From assembly GCA_965222605.1 (NCBI GenBank), contig OZ244960.1, positions 288,001-352,000 on the forward strand: DNA of 64,000 nucleotides, given 5' to 3'. Below the pieces are notes generated by a model. It saw only the letters and a program-made list of their open reading frames with translations. It did no database searches and was not told the DNA's origin. A program made the position numbers and the translations under genes. The stretch comes from Candidatus Latescibacterota bacterium (GTDB taxonomy: Bacteria; Latescibacterota; UBA2968). Of the stretch, positions 29,799-40,382 are shown one piece after another (the stretch's first letter is position 1; the number at the start of each line of letters is the position of its first letter).

Positions 29799-30824
29799 CT
29801 ATGTCTCAAATCGCCCTCGCCACACTTCTTCACTGCGCCGCCGATCCGATAACAGGGCTTCGCCCAAAAAACACAACAGCGCGAAAGCCAACGGCCATTG
29901 GAACCTGTGAATATACTGTGCATAACGCTGCGTACCCAAATCGCGCTTCTCCATCTCTGCAATCCGTTCATGCACCGCCTGCAACCCAATCCCGCCGCCG
30001 CTGGCGCGCACATATAACCCATCGGTCACACGCGCAATCTCCTTCAAAGTTGCTTCATCCAACCGCGTCTTGACAATCTTGCCCTCAGCATCCTTCAAAT
30101 AATCTACCCTATCGCCATCGCGGATCGGGATCAACTCACCTTCCGCAGTCCCCACACCCACAGCAAAAATTCTCATATCTTCTTCCGCTGCCGCTCGCGC
30201 TGCTGCAATGGGATCACCCCCGTGATTTTCACCATCCGTAATCAAAATGAGCGCTTTGTATTTCCCATTGCGCGACCCAAATCCTCGAATGGCCGCGCGA
30301 ATCGCTTCGGCAACTGCCGTACCCTGCTCTGAAATCAATGTGACATCGGCCTGTCCCAAAAACATCTTTGCCGCGCCATAATCCAACGTAAGCGGACAGA
30401 GTACATGGCTATAACCGGCAAAAGCTACTAAACCGATGCGGTCGCCTTCGAGACGATCAATCAACCCTTCAATTTCAAAACGCGCGCGATCCAGCCTATT
30501 GGGCTTAATATCCTCGGCCAACATACTCAACGACGTATCCAGAACAATCACCAGATCCACGCCCCGGCGATGAATCAATTCCAATTCGGTACCAAACTGC
30601 GGTTGCACCAGTGCCAGAATTAAAAAAACAAACCCGACACACATCAGCGCAGATTTTATGCCCTGCCGCATGCGACTGACACCCGAAGCGAGTTTATCCA
30701 TCAACCCGGGAGCGCCAAACGCATATAGTGCCCTGCGCTTGCGCCGAAATGACCACCAGTAAAAAAGCGCGAAAACCGGCACGCAGAAAAGAAAATAAAA
30801 AGCCTGCGGATCGCCAAATTTCAT
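29799..30824 (-). CDS. batB: BatB-like vWA domain protein
   Basis: MIDAS DTSLSM, DIKPNRL, PLTLDY, ITDGENH. Confidence 0.88.
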   Translation of the reverse strand: MKFGDPQAFYFLFCVPVFALFYWWSFRRKRRALYAFGAPGLMDKLASGVSRMRQGIKSALMCVGFVFLILALVQPQFGTELELIHRRGVDLVIVLDTSLSMLAEDIKPNRLDRARFEIEGLIDRLEGDRIGLVAFAGYSHVLCPLTLDYGAAKMFLGQADVTLISEQGTAVAEAIRAAIRGFGSRNGKYKALILITDGENHGGDPIAAARAAAEEDMRIFAVGVGTAEGELIPIRDGDRVDYLKDAEGKIVKTRLDEATLKEIARVTDGLYVRASGGGIGLQAVHERIAEMEKRDLGTQRYAQYIHRFQWPLAFALLCFLGEALLSDRRRSEEVWRGRFET

Positions 30825-31820
30825 CTAAGGCAACCTCCGAAATCGCGTATTGCCCAGCACCAATTCCAATGATAGCAGTGCCAAACCCGGATAGAGAAAC
30901 AGGTGAAACAACTCGCGATAATCCACATACTCGCGCACTTTGATCTCGGTCTTTTCCATTTCGCCAATCTCGGCGTATATCTCTTCCAGCTTTTCTTCAC
31001 TCGTCGCTCTGAAATATTTACCACCTGTTGCATCGGCCACTTTTTTTAGCGTCTCTTCATCAATCTCAACTTTGACAGGCACAAATCGCTTTCCAAAAAT
31101 CCCGTCAACCTCCTGCATAATCGTTCCCCTGCTACCCGCACCAATCGCATAAATGCGGATACCCACAGCCTCTGCTGCGCGCGCTGCGGTCATCGGATCG
31201 ATCTCACCGCGATTATTTTTCCCATCCGTCAACAAAATAATCACCTTGCTCTTGGCCTCAGATTCGCGCAAGCGATTTACCGCAGTTGCGATCCCCAAAC
31301 CAATCGCAGTGCCATCCCAGTCTTTGCCGGCAATTTCAACACCATCGAGAAAACTCAAAAACACGCCGTAATCCAGCGTGAGCGGGCATTGTGTATAGGC
31401 TTCTGCGGCAAAAACCACAAGCCCCAAACGATCATTGGCGCGCCCCTGTGCAAATTGCGCCACCACCTCTTTACACACTTCCAATCGAGTCTTGCGCTGG
31501 TCCGCCAGGTCTTTGGCCTCCATACTGCTCGACACGTCAATCGCCAGCGCAATATCAATGCCCTGACTTAAAATTTCGCGCCCTTCGCGCCCCGACTGCG
31601 GCCGCGCCATCGCCGCAATGAGCAAGGCCAGAGCCACACAGCGAAACGCGATCAAGCTGTGCCGCAACTTCAGCGAAAAGGACGGAGCAATACGCCGAAA
31701 AAGGCGCGTATCGGAAAACCGAATACGCCCCGACTTGCGCTTTTCGCGCCCAATATAGCGATAGATGAGCACCGGAATAAACAACAGGAGCAGCAACCAC
31801 TCCGGATTGGCAAAACGCAT
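30825..31820 (-). CDS. batA: BatA-like vWA domain protein
   Basis: MRFANPEW, MARPQ, MIDAS DVSSSM, DGTAIG, LLTDGKNN, IDEETLKKVA. Confidence 0.9.
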   Translation of the reverse strand: MRFANPEWLLLLLFIPVLIYRYIGREKRKSGRIRFSDTRLFRRIAPSFSLKLRHSLIAFRCVALALLIAAMARPQSGREGREILSQGIDIALAIDVSSSMEAKDLADQRKTRLEVCKEVVAQFAQGRANDRLGLVVFAAEAYTQCPLTLDYGVFLSFLDGVEIAGKDWDGTAIGLGIATAVNRLRESEAKSKVIILLTDGKNNRGEIDPMTAARAAEAVGIRIYAIGAGSRGTIMQEVDGIFGKRFVPVKVEIDEETLKKVADATGGKYFRATSEEKLEEIYAEIGEMEKTEIKVREYVDYRELFHLFLYPGLALLSLELVLGNTRFRRLP

Positions 31821-32737
31821 CACTGGACTGTCTCCTGCGTCACAGAAGGTGTAACCAGAGTGCTCACAATGCCGCGCACGCCATCCATCGCCTCGCGCGC
31901 CATGTAATCACGCGGTGCAAATTTGGCAAATTTGACCCGATCCGCTTCATTCAAAAAGCCTTCGATAGCCATCGCCAATTGATCGTCAAACGCATGAGCA
32001 CGCAAATCTCGCCCAATCTCAAACGTCGTGCGCTCCACCGCATGCACGGGGGTTTTGGCTTCCAAACACCGCCTCAAAACAGCCGATAATAGGGAATAAT
32101 ACTGTCGGTAGTTTTCCCGCTCTATCAGCCCCAACTGCCCCACTCTGTCCAATTCCTCTAACCAGTTGACAGGCGGCGGTGGCAACTCGGACATGGGGCG
32201 ACGCCTGCGTCGATAAACATACCAGACCAATCCTGCAAGCAATAGAATCAGCCCGCCAACCGCCAGCCAAAACCACACGGGAATCTGTGCCACCACCACC
32301 ATCGGAGGCTTCACATCGCGAATATCTGTTGTGCCTTCTGGCCTGACACTCCGCACCAATACATCAATGGGTTGCGACGCGATTTTTCCAGAATCGCCCT
32401 CTGCATTGACAAAATGCACGGAAACGGTGGGCACGCGAAACGCGCCCACCTGATAAATCGCCAGCACGAGGTCTTGCGTTTCCCGCACACGTCCATTTTC
32501 GAGTTGCTCTGTTTCAACTACGCCCGTGTGTCGAATCTCGAATGGATGAGGAAACTCTTTCCCATACGCAATTTCCGCCTTATCATCAGCCCCGCGATGG
32601 ACGCGCAGGCGCAAAACAAAAGGGTCGCCAATTGTAATTGTATCGCGGTCAACCCCTGTCAGAAATTCTACCGCTGCATCGGTCGGAACGGTTTGTATCC
32701 CGATCCACATTGTGAAGAAAAAATAAATCGCACGCAT
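31820..32737 (-). CDS. Bat-operon-associated membrane protein
   Basis: Signal peptide; IRDVKPP + TM + RRRRR; ERTTFEI; ADRVKFAK; TGATG overlap with batA. Confidence 0.75.
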   Translation of the reverse strand: MRAIYFFFTMWIGIQTVPTDAAVEFLTGVDRDTITIGDPFVLRLRVHRGADDKAEIAYGKEFPHPFEIRHTGVVETEQLENGRVRETQDLVLAIYQVGAFRVPTVSVHFVNAEGDSGKIASQPIDVLVRSVRPEGTTDIRDVKPPMVVVAQIPVWFWLAVGGLILLLAGLVWYVYRRRRRPMSELPPPPVNWLEELDRVGQLGLIERENYRQYYSLLSAVLRRCLEAKTPVHAVERTTFEIGRDLRAHAFDDQLAMAIEGFLNEADRVKFAKFAPRDYMAREAMDGVRGIVSTLVTPSVTQETVQ

Positions 32738-32746
32738 TGCTGTCCA

Positions 32747-34114
32747 TTATGCTCCTTTTTGCATCGCGTCCAAAGACCAATTGAGTTGCAACCACGACAT
32801 CACCGAATACGGCAACACAACCACCTCGCGACGCGTTTTGGCCGTGCCGTACCAAAAATTGTTGGCCTGCCCGATAATCAGCTCTTGCACCAGTGTTTCG
32901 CCCCGCCACAGAGAAATCGTCAATACGGGGTCATTCAAACTATCTGCGGCAGATTTATCCACTTGATCGGGAAACTCGGCAACGACCAGATTGTGAACGC
33001 GATCAATCAAATCTTCAACGCTGGTATCTCCTTCTACAACGCGCCCATCCCCCATCACCACCTGCCACGAGCCATCGCCATCCTTCGCGCAATTCACCAC
33101 ACTGTCTCGATAGGCCAAACGCACGCGGTCAACACCCGTGCGATCAAACTCAAAAACGCGCTTGTAACGCAACCGGGTCAATGGAATATCCAGGGATTCT
33201 GAGAGAAGCTGATCTACGATAAACACCTGTGGCTGACTCATTACACGCCCATACCACAGTTTCTGCCGTTCATTGGGCACGCGCTTGCCCAGCAACAGCG
33301 TATTGGCCGCTTCATTGTCTTTTAGATACAACACGACTTTGTAATCTGGATCGTCGAACCCGTAAACTGTAGGATCATCCACCGCCTCTTTGTGAAAGGA
33401 TTCGACGCGCGCGTCTTTCAAATGCCCCAACAACGACAAAACCTCACGCGCGTCAGCCCGCTCTTTTATCGGCTGCACGAGATGCCACTTCAGCCCATCC
33501 CGCACGACTTCATAAGCACCTCCGGGCGCTTGAAAATACGCACGCGTAATCAGATCCAGGTCAAAGGCGAACGCACGCGTGTCGCGCAATGCCATCAGTG
33601 GACGATTAAACCGCGCGCGATATTGTTTTCTGGTCAACACGACCTTGTTCCCGCCCGACCAGGTTAGATAGCACGCCTGCTTCGAGGGAATATCATCGCC
33701 AAAAAACAACCATACAGGATCGCCCGATACCGGTTCAAATCGCACCTCAACCACGGGTGGATCCAGCCCAAAATTGGCGAGAGCAACCCCTGCGTAATCG
33801 CCTTCATCAACCACAACCCGACCGCGTTCAACAATCTGCGCGATCTCGATCATACCCTCAAATTCTATCCAATCGGCGGGTACTTTCAGCGGCGCGATCA
33901 GCATCCACTCATTGCCGTGCTTCTCAGCGACAAAGTGCCCGTATTCATTGGTCAACGTCAATCGCGCAACGCGATGTCGCTGAACTTCAATAAACGCATT
34001 CTTCGCCTCAATCTCGCGTTGTTCCTCTGCCATGCGAGGACGTTCATATAAAAAGACAAACCCCACCAACCCCAAAAGCAGAACCGCCAAAATCGCTGTC
34101 ACCTTAATACCCAC
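32747..34114 (-). CDS. DUF4340 domain protein
   Basis: N-terminal TM; repeated W.L..P....AD and FGLDPP/YGFDDP motifs; follows GldG. Confidence 0.8.
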   Translation of the reverse strand: MGIKVTAILAVLLLGLVGFVFLYERPRMAEEQREIEAKNAFIEVQRHRVARLTLTNEYGHFVAEKHGNEWMLIAPLKVPADWIEFEGMIEIAQIVERGRVVVDEGDYAGVALANFGLDPPVVEVRFEPVSGDPVWLFFGDDIPSKQACYLTWSGGNKVVLTRKQYRARFNRPLMALRDTRAFAFDLDLITRAYFQAPGGAYEVVRDGLKWHLVQPIKERADAREVLSLLGHLKDARVESFHKEAVDDPTVYGFDDPDYKVVLYLKDNEAANTLLLGKRVPNERQKLWYGRVMSQPQVFIVDQLLSESLDIPLTRLRYKRVFEFDRTGVDRVRLAYRDSVVNCAKDGDGSWQVVMGDGRVVEGDTSVEDLIDRVHNLVVAEFPDQVDKSAADSLNDPVLTISLWRGETLVQELIIGQANNFWYGTAKTRREVVVLPYSVMSWLQLNWSLDAMQKGA

Positions 34115-34148
34115 AATTTTTTCCTCAGTAGTCAGTAGTCAGTCCGCC

Positions 34149-35537
34149 TCAACGTCTGCGCCACCAGACCAGCACACCCGCGATAATCGAAACGCTCGGC
34201 AACACCAGCCAATATACCCACCGAATCCAAAATCCATCGCTCTGGTTTAATGTCAACGGGCGAAATCGCGTGCTCTTGGGCCGAATCGTAATTTTATCGC
34301 GCGCCCTGAGCAACCAATTCGCTGCATTCATAAACAAATCGCCATTGCCCGCCACCTCCACAAAGCGATTGCTCGCAAAATCCGAATCGCCAAAGACCAC
34401 AATCCGCGCCCGCGCGCCACGCTGATCATCACCAGCTTTTGCAGCAATAGTGGCCGGGCCTTCCACGACCATCGCCAGCCACAGTGGCCCCGGGCGGTCT
34501 GCCCCGGATGTGTATTCCACCGCCTCTTTGTCTTTAGCGAAAACAGCGTTCAAATTGGTCTCACTCCAACTGTTTGGCGAAGACAGCACCAGGGAAGAAA
34601 CATCAGCACCTGGCAATGACCTCACGCGTTCCATTGAGCGCGTCAGCGGATAGAACGTCTGCAATCCCGAGTGCTTATCCGTAATGGGATGTTTGCTATA
34701 ATGCGTCGTAACGGGAACCGAAAAATCTGCGCCCGGCAGCACCTGGCTTTTATCGACCACAAAATCATTTCGCAGGCCAATAGACCACTTTCGCAACAGC
34801 GGCTCGATCCCCGTATCGATGAGGGGATCCAACAAGAAGAACGCCGCCCCCCCCTGATTGAGATACGTCGCTACAATATCGATCTCTGCTGGCAAAAACG
34901 GGCGTTTAGGTCCTGCGACAATCAGCGCATTACAATCTTTGGGCACGCGCTGTGATTGCGCCAGTACCAGGGATGGGCGCACATCGTGGTTGCCTTCGAT
35001 GAGCAACTGCTTGATCCCGGAAAATCCCTGCTCTGATTGATCGTCGGGATGCGCCTCATCGTGTCCACCCACAAAATAGACCACCTGCCGCTCTTCGCTC
35101 ATCAAACGCGCAATGCCATTGGTCAATGCCTTTTCTGACGTTTCCTGAATGCGCTCTTCCCGATTGCCGTATTCGATCACCGAAACACCATATCGCGTCA
35201 CAGTATATCGCCTGGCCTCAATCGGCTCTCTGTCGGGATCGACAAACCGATAAGCAAAACGCCTCGAATGATAGGCGTATTGTTTGAGCAAATGCTCGTA
35301 ATCGCGCTGTTCTACTTCGCGGAAAAACGCCACAACATTGACATCTTCAGACATATTTTCCAAAATAGAAATTGTTTGAGGCGACAGCGTATAAAGACCG
35401 CGAGCCGTCAGGTCAAAGCGCGCGTGATACCGCGTGGTCAAAAAATTAACTGCCGCCAGAATACCCAGCGCAATCAACACTGCCGCAAGAGCATTAGACC
35501 CGTATTTCAATATTCGATGCGATAAAAATTTGGGCAT
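34149..35537 (-). CDS. GldG family / ABC-transporter auxiliary component
   Basis: FDLTARGLYTLSPQT, VYFVGGHDE, LIVAGP, VFGDSDF, NGDLFMNAANWL, C-terminal TM with WWRRR. Confidence 0.85.
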   Translation of the reverse strand: MPKFLSHRILKYGSNALAAVLIALGILAAVNFLTTRYHARFDLTARGLYTLSPQTISILENMSEDVNVVAFFREVEQRDYEHLLKQYAYHSRRFAYRFVDPDREPIEARRYTVTRYGVSVIEYGNREERIQETSEKALTNGIARLMSEERQVVYFVGGHDEAHPDDQSEQGFSGIKQLLIEGNHDVRPSLVLAQSQRVPKDCNALIVAGPKRPFLPAEIDIVATYLNQGGAAFFLLDPLIDTGIEPLLRKWSIGLRNDFVVDKSQVLPGADFSVPVTTHYSKHPITDKHSGLQTFYPLTRSMERVRSLPGADVSSLVLSSPNSWSETNLNAVFAKDKEAVEYTSGADRPGPLWLAMVVEGPATIAAKAGDDQRGARARIVVFGDSDFASNRFVEVAGNGDLFMNAANWLLRARDKITIRPKSTRFRPLTLNQSDGFWIRWVYWLVLPSVSIIAGVLVWWRRR

Positions 35538-35548
35538 AGATCTATCCC

Positions 35549-36670
35549 TTATTTCTCACCCGAGTAATGGCGCACCGCATCCCAATCGAGTTCTACACCG
35601 AGGCCCGGCCCTGTGGGAATGGTGAGCAATCCGTCTTCATCCAGTGAAAACTGCGTGGTGACAATATCTTCGATATAAGGCGATGGGGTAATATATTCGA
35701 CCCAGCGCGCAATGGGGTGTGCGGCGGCCAGGTGGAGATCTGCGAGGAAGCCAATAGCGGTGTTCCAGCCATGTGTGACGACCAGAACATTGTGGTCATA
35801 CGCATACCATATCAGGCGGCGCACTTCAGAAATGCCTCCCACCTTTGTAACATCGGGCTGGATAATATCATACGCACCGCGCTCAATCCACGGCATAAAA
35901 CTCTGGCGGCGAGTGAAAACTTCTCCGCCGGCAATGCGGACAGGGGAATATTCTCGCAACCTGATATGGCCCTCAATATCGTCGGGAGGGAGGGCTTCTT
36001 CAAACCAGGTGACATCGTAATCGCCGAGCATGCGGGCGGTTTCAATCGCCCATTTGTAATTGTGAGGCCAAAAGGCATCGCTGCCGCCTGCATCGACCAT
36101 GAGTTCCACATCGGGACCACAGGTATCCCGGGCGATTTTGATGAGGTGTTCATCCATGTAGCGGTCAACGCGCCCAAAAGCTCCCCAGCCGAGTTTAAGT
36201 GCTCTAAAACCGCGGTCGAGCGCGTCTTGCAAGCTGTGGGGAAATGTTTTGGGGTCTTCAAAGAGAATCGATCCGTATGGTTTAATTTTCTCGCGATAAT
36301 ACCCGCCGAGCAAACGACCAACAGGTTGCCCAACCGCTTTGCCAAAAACATCCCACAACGCGATATCAATACCGCTGATCGCATGCGTAACAGCCCCCCC
36401 GCGCCCCTGCCAGAAGCTCATCTGGTGAAGCTTTTCAGATACGCGCTCGGGCTCCAGTGCGTTTTCTCCAATGATATTGGATCGCAACAGTCCCATCGCA
36501 CCATCAACTAAAGCTTTGCTGGTAAAAACACTTCCCATACCGCTCACACCTTCATCCGTCTGAACTTCGACCAACGTATGCATATTTTCATCTGGCCCAG
36601 GCTCAACCGTCCAGCCCGTCATAGGCGTTTCCCCAAAGAGCGGAATCGTGCGAATTTCGGTGATTTTCAT
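35549..36670 (-). CDS. Mandelate racemase/muconate lactonizing enzyme family protein (probable acid-sugar dehydratase)
   Basis: AISGIDIALWD; metal ligands VDAG/WFEE/GGE; IIQPD; THGW. Confidence 0.88.
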   Translation of the reverse strand: MKITEIRTIPLFGETPMTGWTVEPGPDENMHTLVEVQTDEGVSGMGSVFTSKALVDGAMGLLRSNIIGENALEPERVSEKLHQMSFWQGRGGAVTHAISGIDIALWDVFGKAVGQPVGRLLGGYYREKIKPYGSILFEDPKTFPHSLQDALDRGFRALKLGWGAFGRVDRYMDEHLIKIARDTCGPDVELMVDAGGSDAFWPHNYKWAIETARMLGDYDVTWFEEALPPDDIEGHIRLREYSPVRIAGGEVFTRRQSFMPWIERGAYDIIQPDVTKVGGISEVRRLIWYAYDHNVLVVTHGWNTAIGFLADLHLAAAHPIARWVEYITPSPYIEDIVTTQFSLDEDGLLTIPTGPGLGVELDWDAVRHYSGEK

Positions 36671-37857
36671 TTGTGTTCCTTCAAGTATTCGGCTACTGCG
36701 CGTGCGACAATAAATTCTTCGTCGGTTTGGACAATCAGAACGGCGACCGCACTGTTAGATGCCGAGATCATCCCATCTGTGGGAGGATTGGCATTTGCGA
36801 CCTCGTCGAGATAAACGCCTAAGTATTCGAGACCAGTGCAGACGCGCTGGCGCACATTTGCCCCGCGTTCGCCAATTCCCCCGGCAAAAGCAATCGCATC
36901 CAGACCGCCCAGTGCGGCAGAACAAGCACCGATTTCTCTTTTGATCCCATAACAAAATGCCTCCAGAGCGAGACGCGCGCGTGTGTGCCCCTTTTGAGCA
37001 GCTTCTTCGAGATCGCGCACATCACCGCTAATACCCGAAATGCCGAGCAAACCGCTTTCTTCAGACAGGACGCGGCTAATTTCGCCTGTCGATAGATTTT
37101 CGCGGTCCATGATATAGGGAATAATGAACGGATCAATAGTTCCAATGCGCGTACTGTTGATGATGCCTGTTTGAGGCGAGAAGCCCATCGAGGTATCCAC
37201 GGATTGACCATTGCGAACCGCGCACAAAGAGGCACTTCCGCCGAGATGGCAGGATACCATGCGGAGATCTTCCCGGTCGAGTATTTGCGCCGTGCGTTGC
37301 GAAACGTAGCGGTGGGACGCGCCGTGGAAACCGTATTTGCGAACCCCGTATTTTTCATACCATTCGTAGGGCACACTATAGATATAGGCATAATCGGGTA
37401 TATTGGCGTGAAAAGCGGCTTCAAAGAGACCGATCAGGGGCAGGTTGGAATCGCATTGCGCGAAAATGCGAATCGTCTGGATATATGGCGGATTGTGGGC
37501 AGGCGCAAGGCTATTGTAGTCTGCCATGCGCTGCAAAATATCTTCCGTGAGAAGATATGTACCCGCTTTTCCGCGCATGTGAACAGTTTTGAATCCAACG
37601 GCATTGAGATCAGACAAGTCGGAGATTACGCCGGTGTGCGTATCTGTCAGACGCGCAATAACATCGCGTACAGCAGATGGATAATCCGGCAAGTGTTGTT
37701 CGGTCTCAACAGCGTATTCGCCAATCTGGTGGGCAACAGGTGAAGATGGATCGCCGATGCGCTCGAGACGACCTTCGGCGAGCACCGCTTCATCGGTCAT
37801 ATCAAATAAGCGATATTTGAACGAAGTAGAGCCTGCATTTGCAATGAGGATTTTCAT
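36667..37857 (-). CDS. ackA: Acetate/propionate kinase
   Basis: ILIANAGSTSFKY, LAPAHNPP, RKYGFHGASH, CHLGGSAS, DTSMGFSP, FAGGIGE, TDEE. Confidence 0.92.
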   Translation of the reverse strand: MKILIANAGSTSFKYRLFDMTDEAVLAEGRLERIGDPSSPVAHQIGEYAVETEQHLPDYPSAVRDVIARLTDTHTGVISDLSDLNAVGFKTVHMRGKAGTYLLTEDILQRMADYNSLAPAHNPPYIQTIRIFAQCDSNLPLIGLFEAAFHANIPDYAYIYSVPYEWYEKYGVRKYGFHGASHRYVSQRTAQILDREDLRMVSCHLGGSASLCAVRNGQSVDTSMGFSPQTGIINSTRIGTIDPFIIPYIMDRENLSTGEISRVLSEESGLLGISGISGDVRDLEEAAQKGHTRARLALEAFCYGIKREIGACSAALGGLDAIAFAGGIGERGANVRQRVCTGLEYLGVYLDEVANANPPTDGMISASNSAVAVLIVQTDEEFIVARAVAEYLKEHK

Positions 37858-39059
37858 GGTCTAACTATTTCAAGCCTCTGCATGGGTTTATCGGCAATGG
37901 GCAGATGAATAAGCGATGAAGCCAGGCTCAGGAGAATCGCGGCAATCCAAATAATATCGTAAGACCCCGTCGCATCATACATCCGCCCAGCCAGCCACAC
38001 GCCTAAAAAACTGCCAATCTGATGGCTGAAGAAGACAATGCCATACAGGGTGGAGAGATAGCGCGAACCAAAGATCTGCGCGACAGTGCCACTGGTTAAT
38101 GGAACGGTTGCAAGCCATAAGAATCCGATCAAGCTGCCAAACACAAGGGCCGACGTATTTGTAACGGGTACGAATAGGAATCCACTAATGACAAGGGCGC
38201 GGCCCAAATAGAGCCAACTCAAGAGATATTTTTTGCGATATCGGTCGCCGAGTTGCCCCGAAAGATAAGATCCAAAAATATTAAAAAGTCCAATTAGGGA
38301 TAACGCTGTTGCACCGACCATTTTTGAAAGGCCGTGATCCGTCAGAAATGCGGGCAGATGCGTGGCGATAAATGCGACGTGAAATCCACACACAAAAAAT
38401 CCCGCATTGAGCAACCAGTACCCTGAATGACCTCGCGCTTGAAGAAGTGCTCGAAGCAGGCTGCCATTATCGGGTTCGATGGTATTTGGAGACACCTTTC
38501 GCCCGCGCTGAGGAAACCCAATAGCGAGCAAGGCACTCGCGCCCGCGATCAGGGCGATGAAAGCGAATGAAGATTGCCAGCCCACGCCCGAGAGAAGCCA
38601 TTGCACACCTGATACGAGTGCAAAAGTACCAAAAGAACCCGCGGCAGTAATAAGCCCAAAGAACGAGGCGCGTTTTTCCGGTGCAACAACCTGAGCGACC
38701 GCACCGAGGACCACCACATAGGAGATGCTGCTGAGTGCGATGCCCATGAGTACACCGAGCACGGTGTACAGACCAAGAGGCGTGCTGACAGAAGATAATA
38801 GAAAAAAACAGACGGCATAGATCAACGCGCCGCCAGCAACAACCCATCGCGGTCCAAAATGGTCTGCGACAATGCCCACTACAGGCAAACCAAAAATGAG
38901 GTTTTGCCATGCGATGGCCAGGCTAAAGACTTCTCGTCCAATGCCGAGGTCTCGGCTGATCGGTGACAAAAAAAGGCCAAAGGATTGGCGAATGCCCATG
39001 CTGACAAACACAATCAGGGCACTGCAAAATATGACAATAGTCGCTTTGCGATTGGGCAT
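37854..39059 (-). CDS. MFS transporter
   Basis: 12 hydrophobic segments; ADHFGPR; GFFVCGFHVAFIATHLP; HQIGSFLG. Confidence 0.9.
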   Translation of the reverse strand: MPNRKATIVIFCSALIVFVSMGIRQSFGLFLSPISRDLGIGREVFSLAIAWQNLIFGLPVVGIVADHFGPRWVVAGGALIYAVCFFLLSSVSTPLGLYTVLGVLMGIALSSISYVVVLGAVAQVVAPEKRASFFGLITAAGSFGTFALVSGVQWLLSGVGWQSSFAFIALIAGASALLAIGFPQRGRKVSPNTIEPDNGSLLRALLQARGHSGYWLLNAGFFVCGFHVAFIATHLPAFLTDHGLSKMVGATALSLIGLFNIFGSYLSGQLGDRYRKKYLLSWLYLGRALVISGFLFVPVTNTSALVFGSLIGFLWLATVPLTSGTVAQIFGSRYLSTLYGIVFFSHQIGSFLGVWLAGRMYDATGSYDIIWIAAILLSLASSLIHLPIADKPMQRLEIVRP

Positions 39060-39089
39060 TTATGAAATTCCGACATTTCTTTTTTTACC

Positions 39090-40382
39090 TCACCCCTGAA
39101 CGACCGTCCCGTATTCATTGGGAATCGGCCCGTCGTACTCCCAGGTTTTCCAGGGCGTATCTCGATGCGATTCCCGAACGATGGTTCGAATTTCTGAAAC
39201 AATATCTGGATATTCGGCTGCGAGGTCATTTTGTTCGCCGATATCCGTTGCTAAATCGTAGAGTTCAACAACGCCTTCGGGATTGGCATGGCCTTCGGGT
39301 AAATATGCTTTCCAATCACCCAGGCGAACAGCACTGACACCGCGCCGCTCCCAATAGAGAAATTCGTGAGCTTGTTGGGTATCGCGGTCCAGGAGTGCAG
39401 GCAACATAGAAATGCCATCAACCGGTTCCGGGATAGACACACCGGTCAATTCGCAGAACGTGGGCAACATATCCTGGAAACCCGAATAATGTGCGCTCAC
39501 AGTACCGGGTTGAATCGTTCCCGGCCACCGAGCGACAAAGGGCACGCGGATGCCACCTTCATAGAGACTCCCCTTTTTTCCGCGAAGTGGTCCAGCCGCG
39601 TTGAAGTGTTCAAGCGTATGGCCACTGCCGTGGGGGCCATTATCGCTCGTGAAGATAACAAGAGTATTTTCGGCAATACCAAGTTCGTCGAGCATATCCA
39701 AAAGCGTGCCAATATCGCGGTCCATGCGCGCAATCATAGCCGCCTGCGTCTTCTGATCTTCCGTCCAGGGCTTGTCTTTGTAAATATCGAGAGATGGAAT
39801 TTCGAATTTGGTGTGTGGAATGGTGTAGGCCAAATAGAGAAAAAAGGGATTGGATTGCTGTTCGCACACAAATTGCAAAGCTTCAGCCGTGAGTAGATCG
39901 TGTGAATACGATTTGCCGTAGAGCATGATTTTCTGATCGTTCCGCCAGAGGTGCTGAGGATAATAAGTGTGGGCTTCGCGCTGGCAATTGTACCCAAAAA
40001 AGTGATCGAAACCCTGATTGTTGGGATCGCCTTCCGATCCCGGATACCCCAATCCCCATTTGCCAATGCAGGCAGTGGCATAACCGCTCTTTTTGAGCAA
40101 TTTGGCGACCGTCTGCGTGTCGCCAGGGATGGGCACATTGCCCTCAATGGACAAAGCGCGATTGTCCCGCACATAACAATGCCCCGTGTGCAGACCCGTC
40201 ATAAGCACACACCTCGAGGGCGCACATACCGAAGACCCGGCATAGTGATCCGTAAACCGAATGCCCTCTGCTGCAATGCGGTCAATATTGGGCGTATAAA
40301 TAAACTCCTGCCCAAAACAACCCAGATCGCCGTAGCCGAGATCATCCGAGAGGATGTAGATAATATTGGGCATTGTTTTCAT
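39090..40382 (-). CDS. Arylsulfatase (formylglycine-dependent, S1 family), no signal peptide
   Basis: PNIIYILSDDLGYGD, CAPSR (CxPxR), LMTGLH, GKWGLG, TSDNGP, YEGGIRVP; TAATG overlap with the aldolase stop. Confidence 0.92.
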   Translation of the reverse strand: MKTMPNIIYILSDDLGYGDLGCFGQEFIYTPNIDRIAAEGIRFTDHYAGSSVCAPSRCVLMTGLHTGHCYVRDNRALSIEGNVPIPGDTQTVAKLLKKSGYATACIGKWGLGYPGSEGDPNNQGFDHFFGYNCQREAHTYYPQHLWRNDQKIMLYGKSYSHDLLTAEALQFVCEQQSNPFFLYLAYTIPHTKFEIPSLDIYKDKPWTEDQKTQAAMIARMDRDIGTLLDMLDELGIAENTLVIFTSDNGPHGSGHTLEHFNAAGPLRGKKGSLYEGGIRVPFVARWPGTIQPGTVSAHYSGFQDMLPTFCELTGVSIPEPVDGISMLPALLDRDTQQAHEFLYWERRGVSAVRLGDWKAYLPEGHANPEGVVELYDLATDIGEQNDLAAEYPDIVSEIRTIVRESHRDTPWKTWEYDGPIPNEYGTVVQG

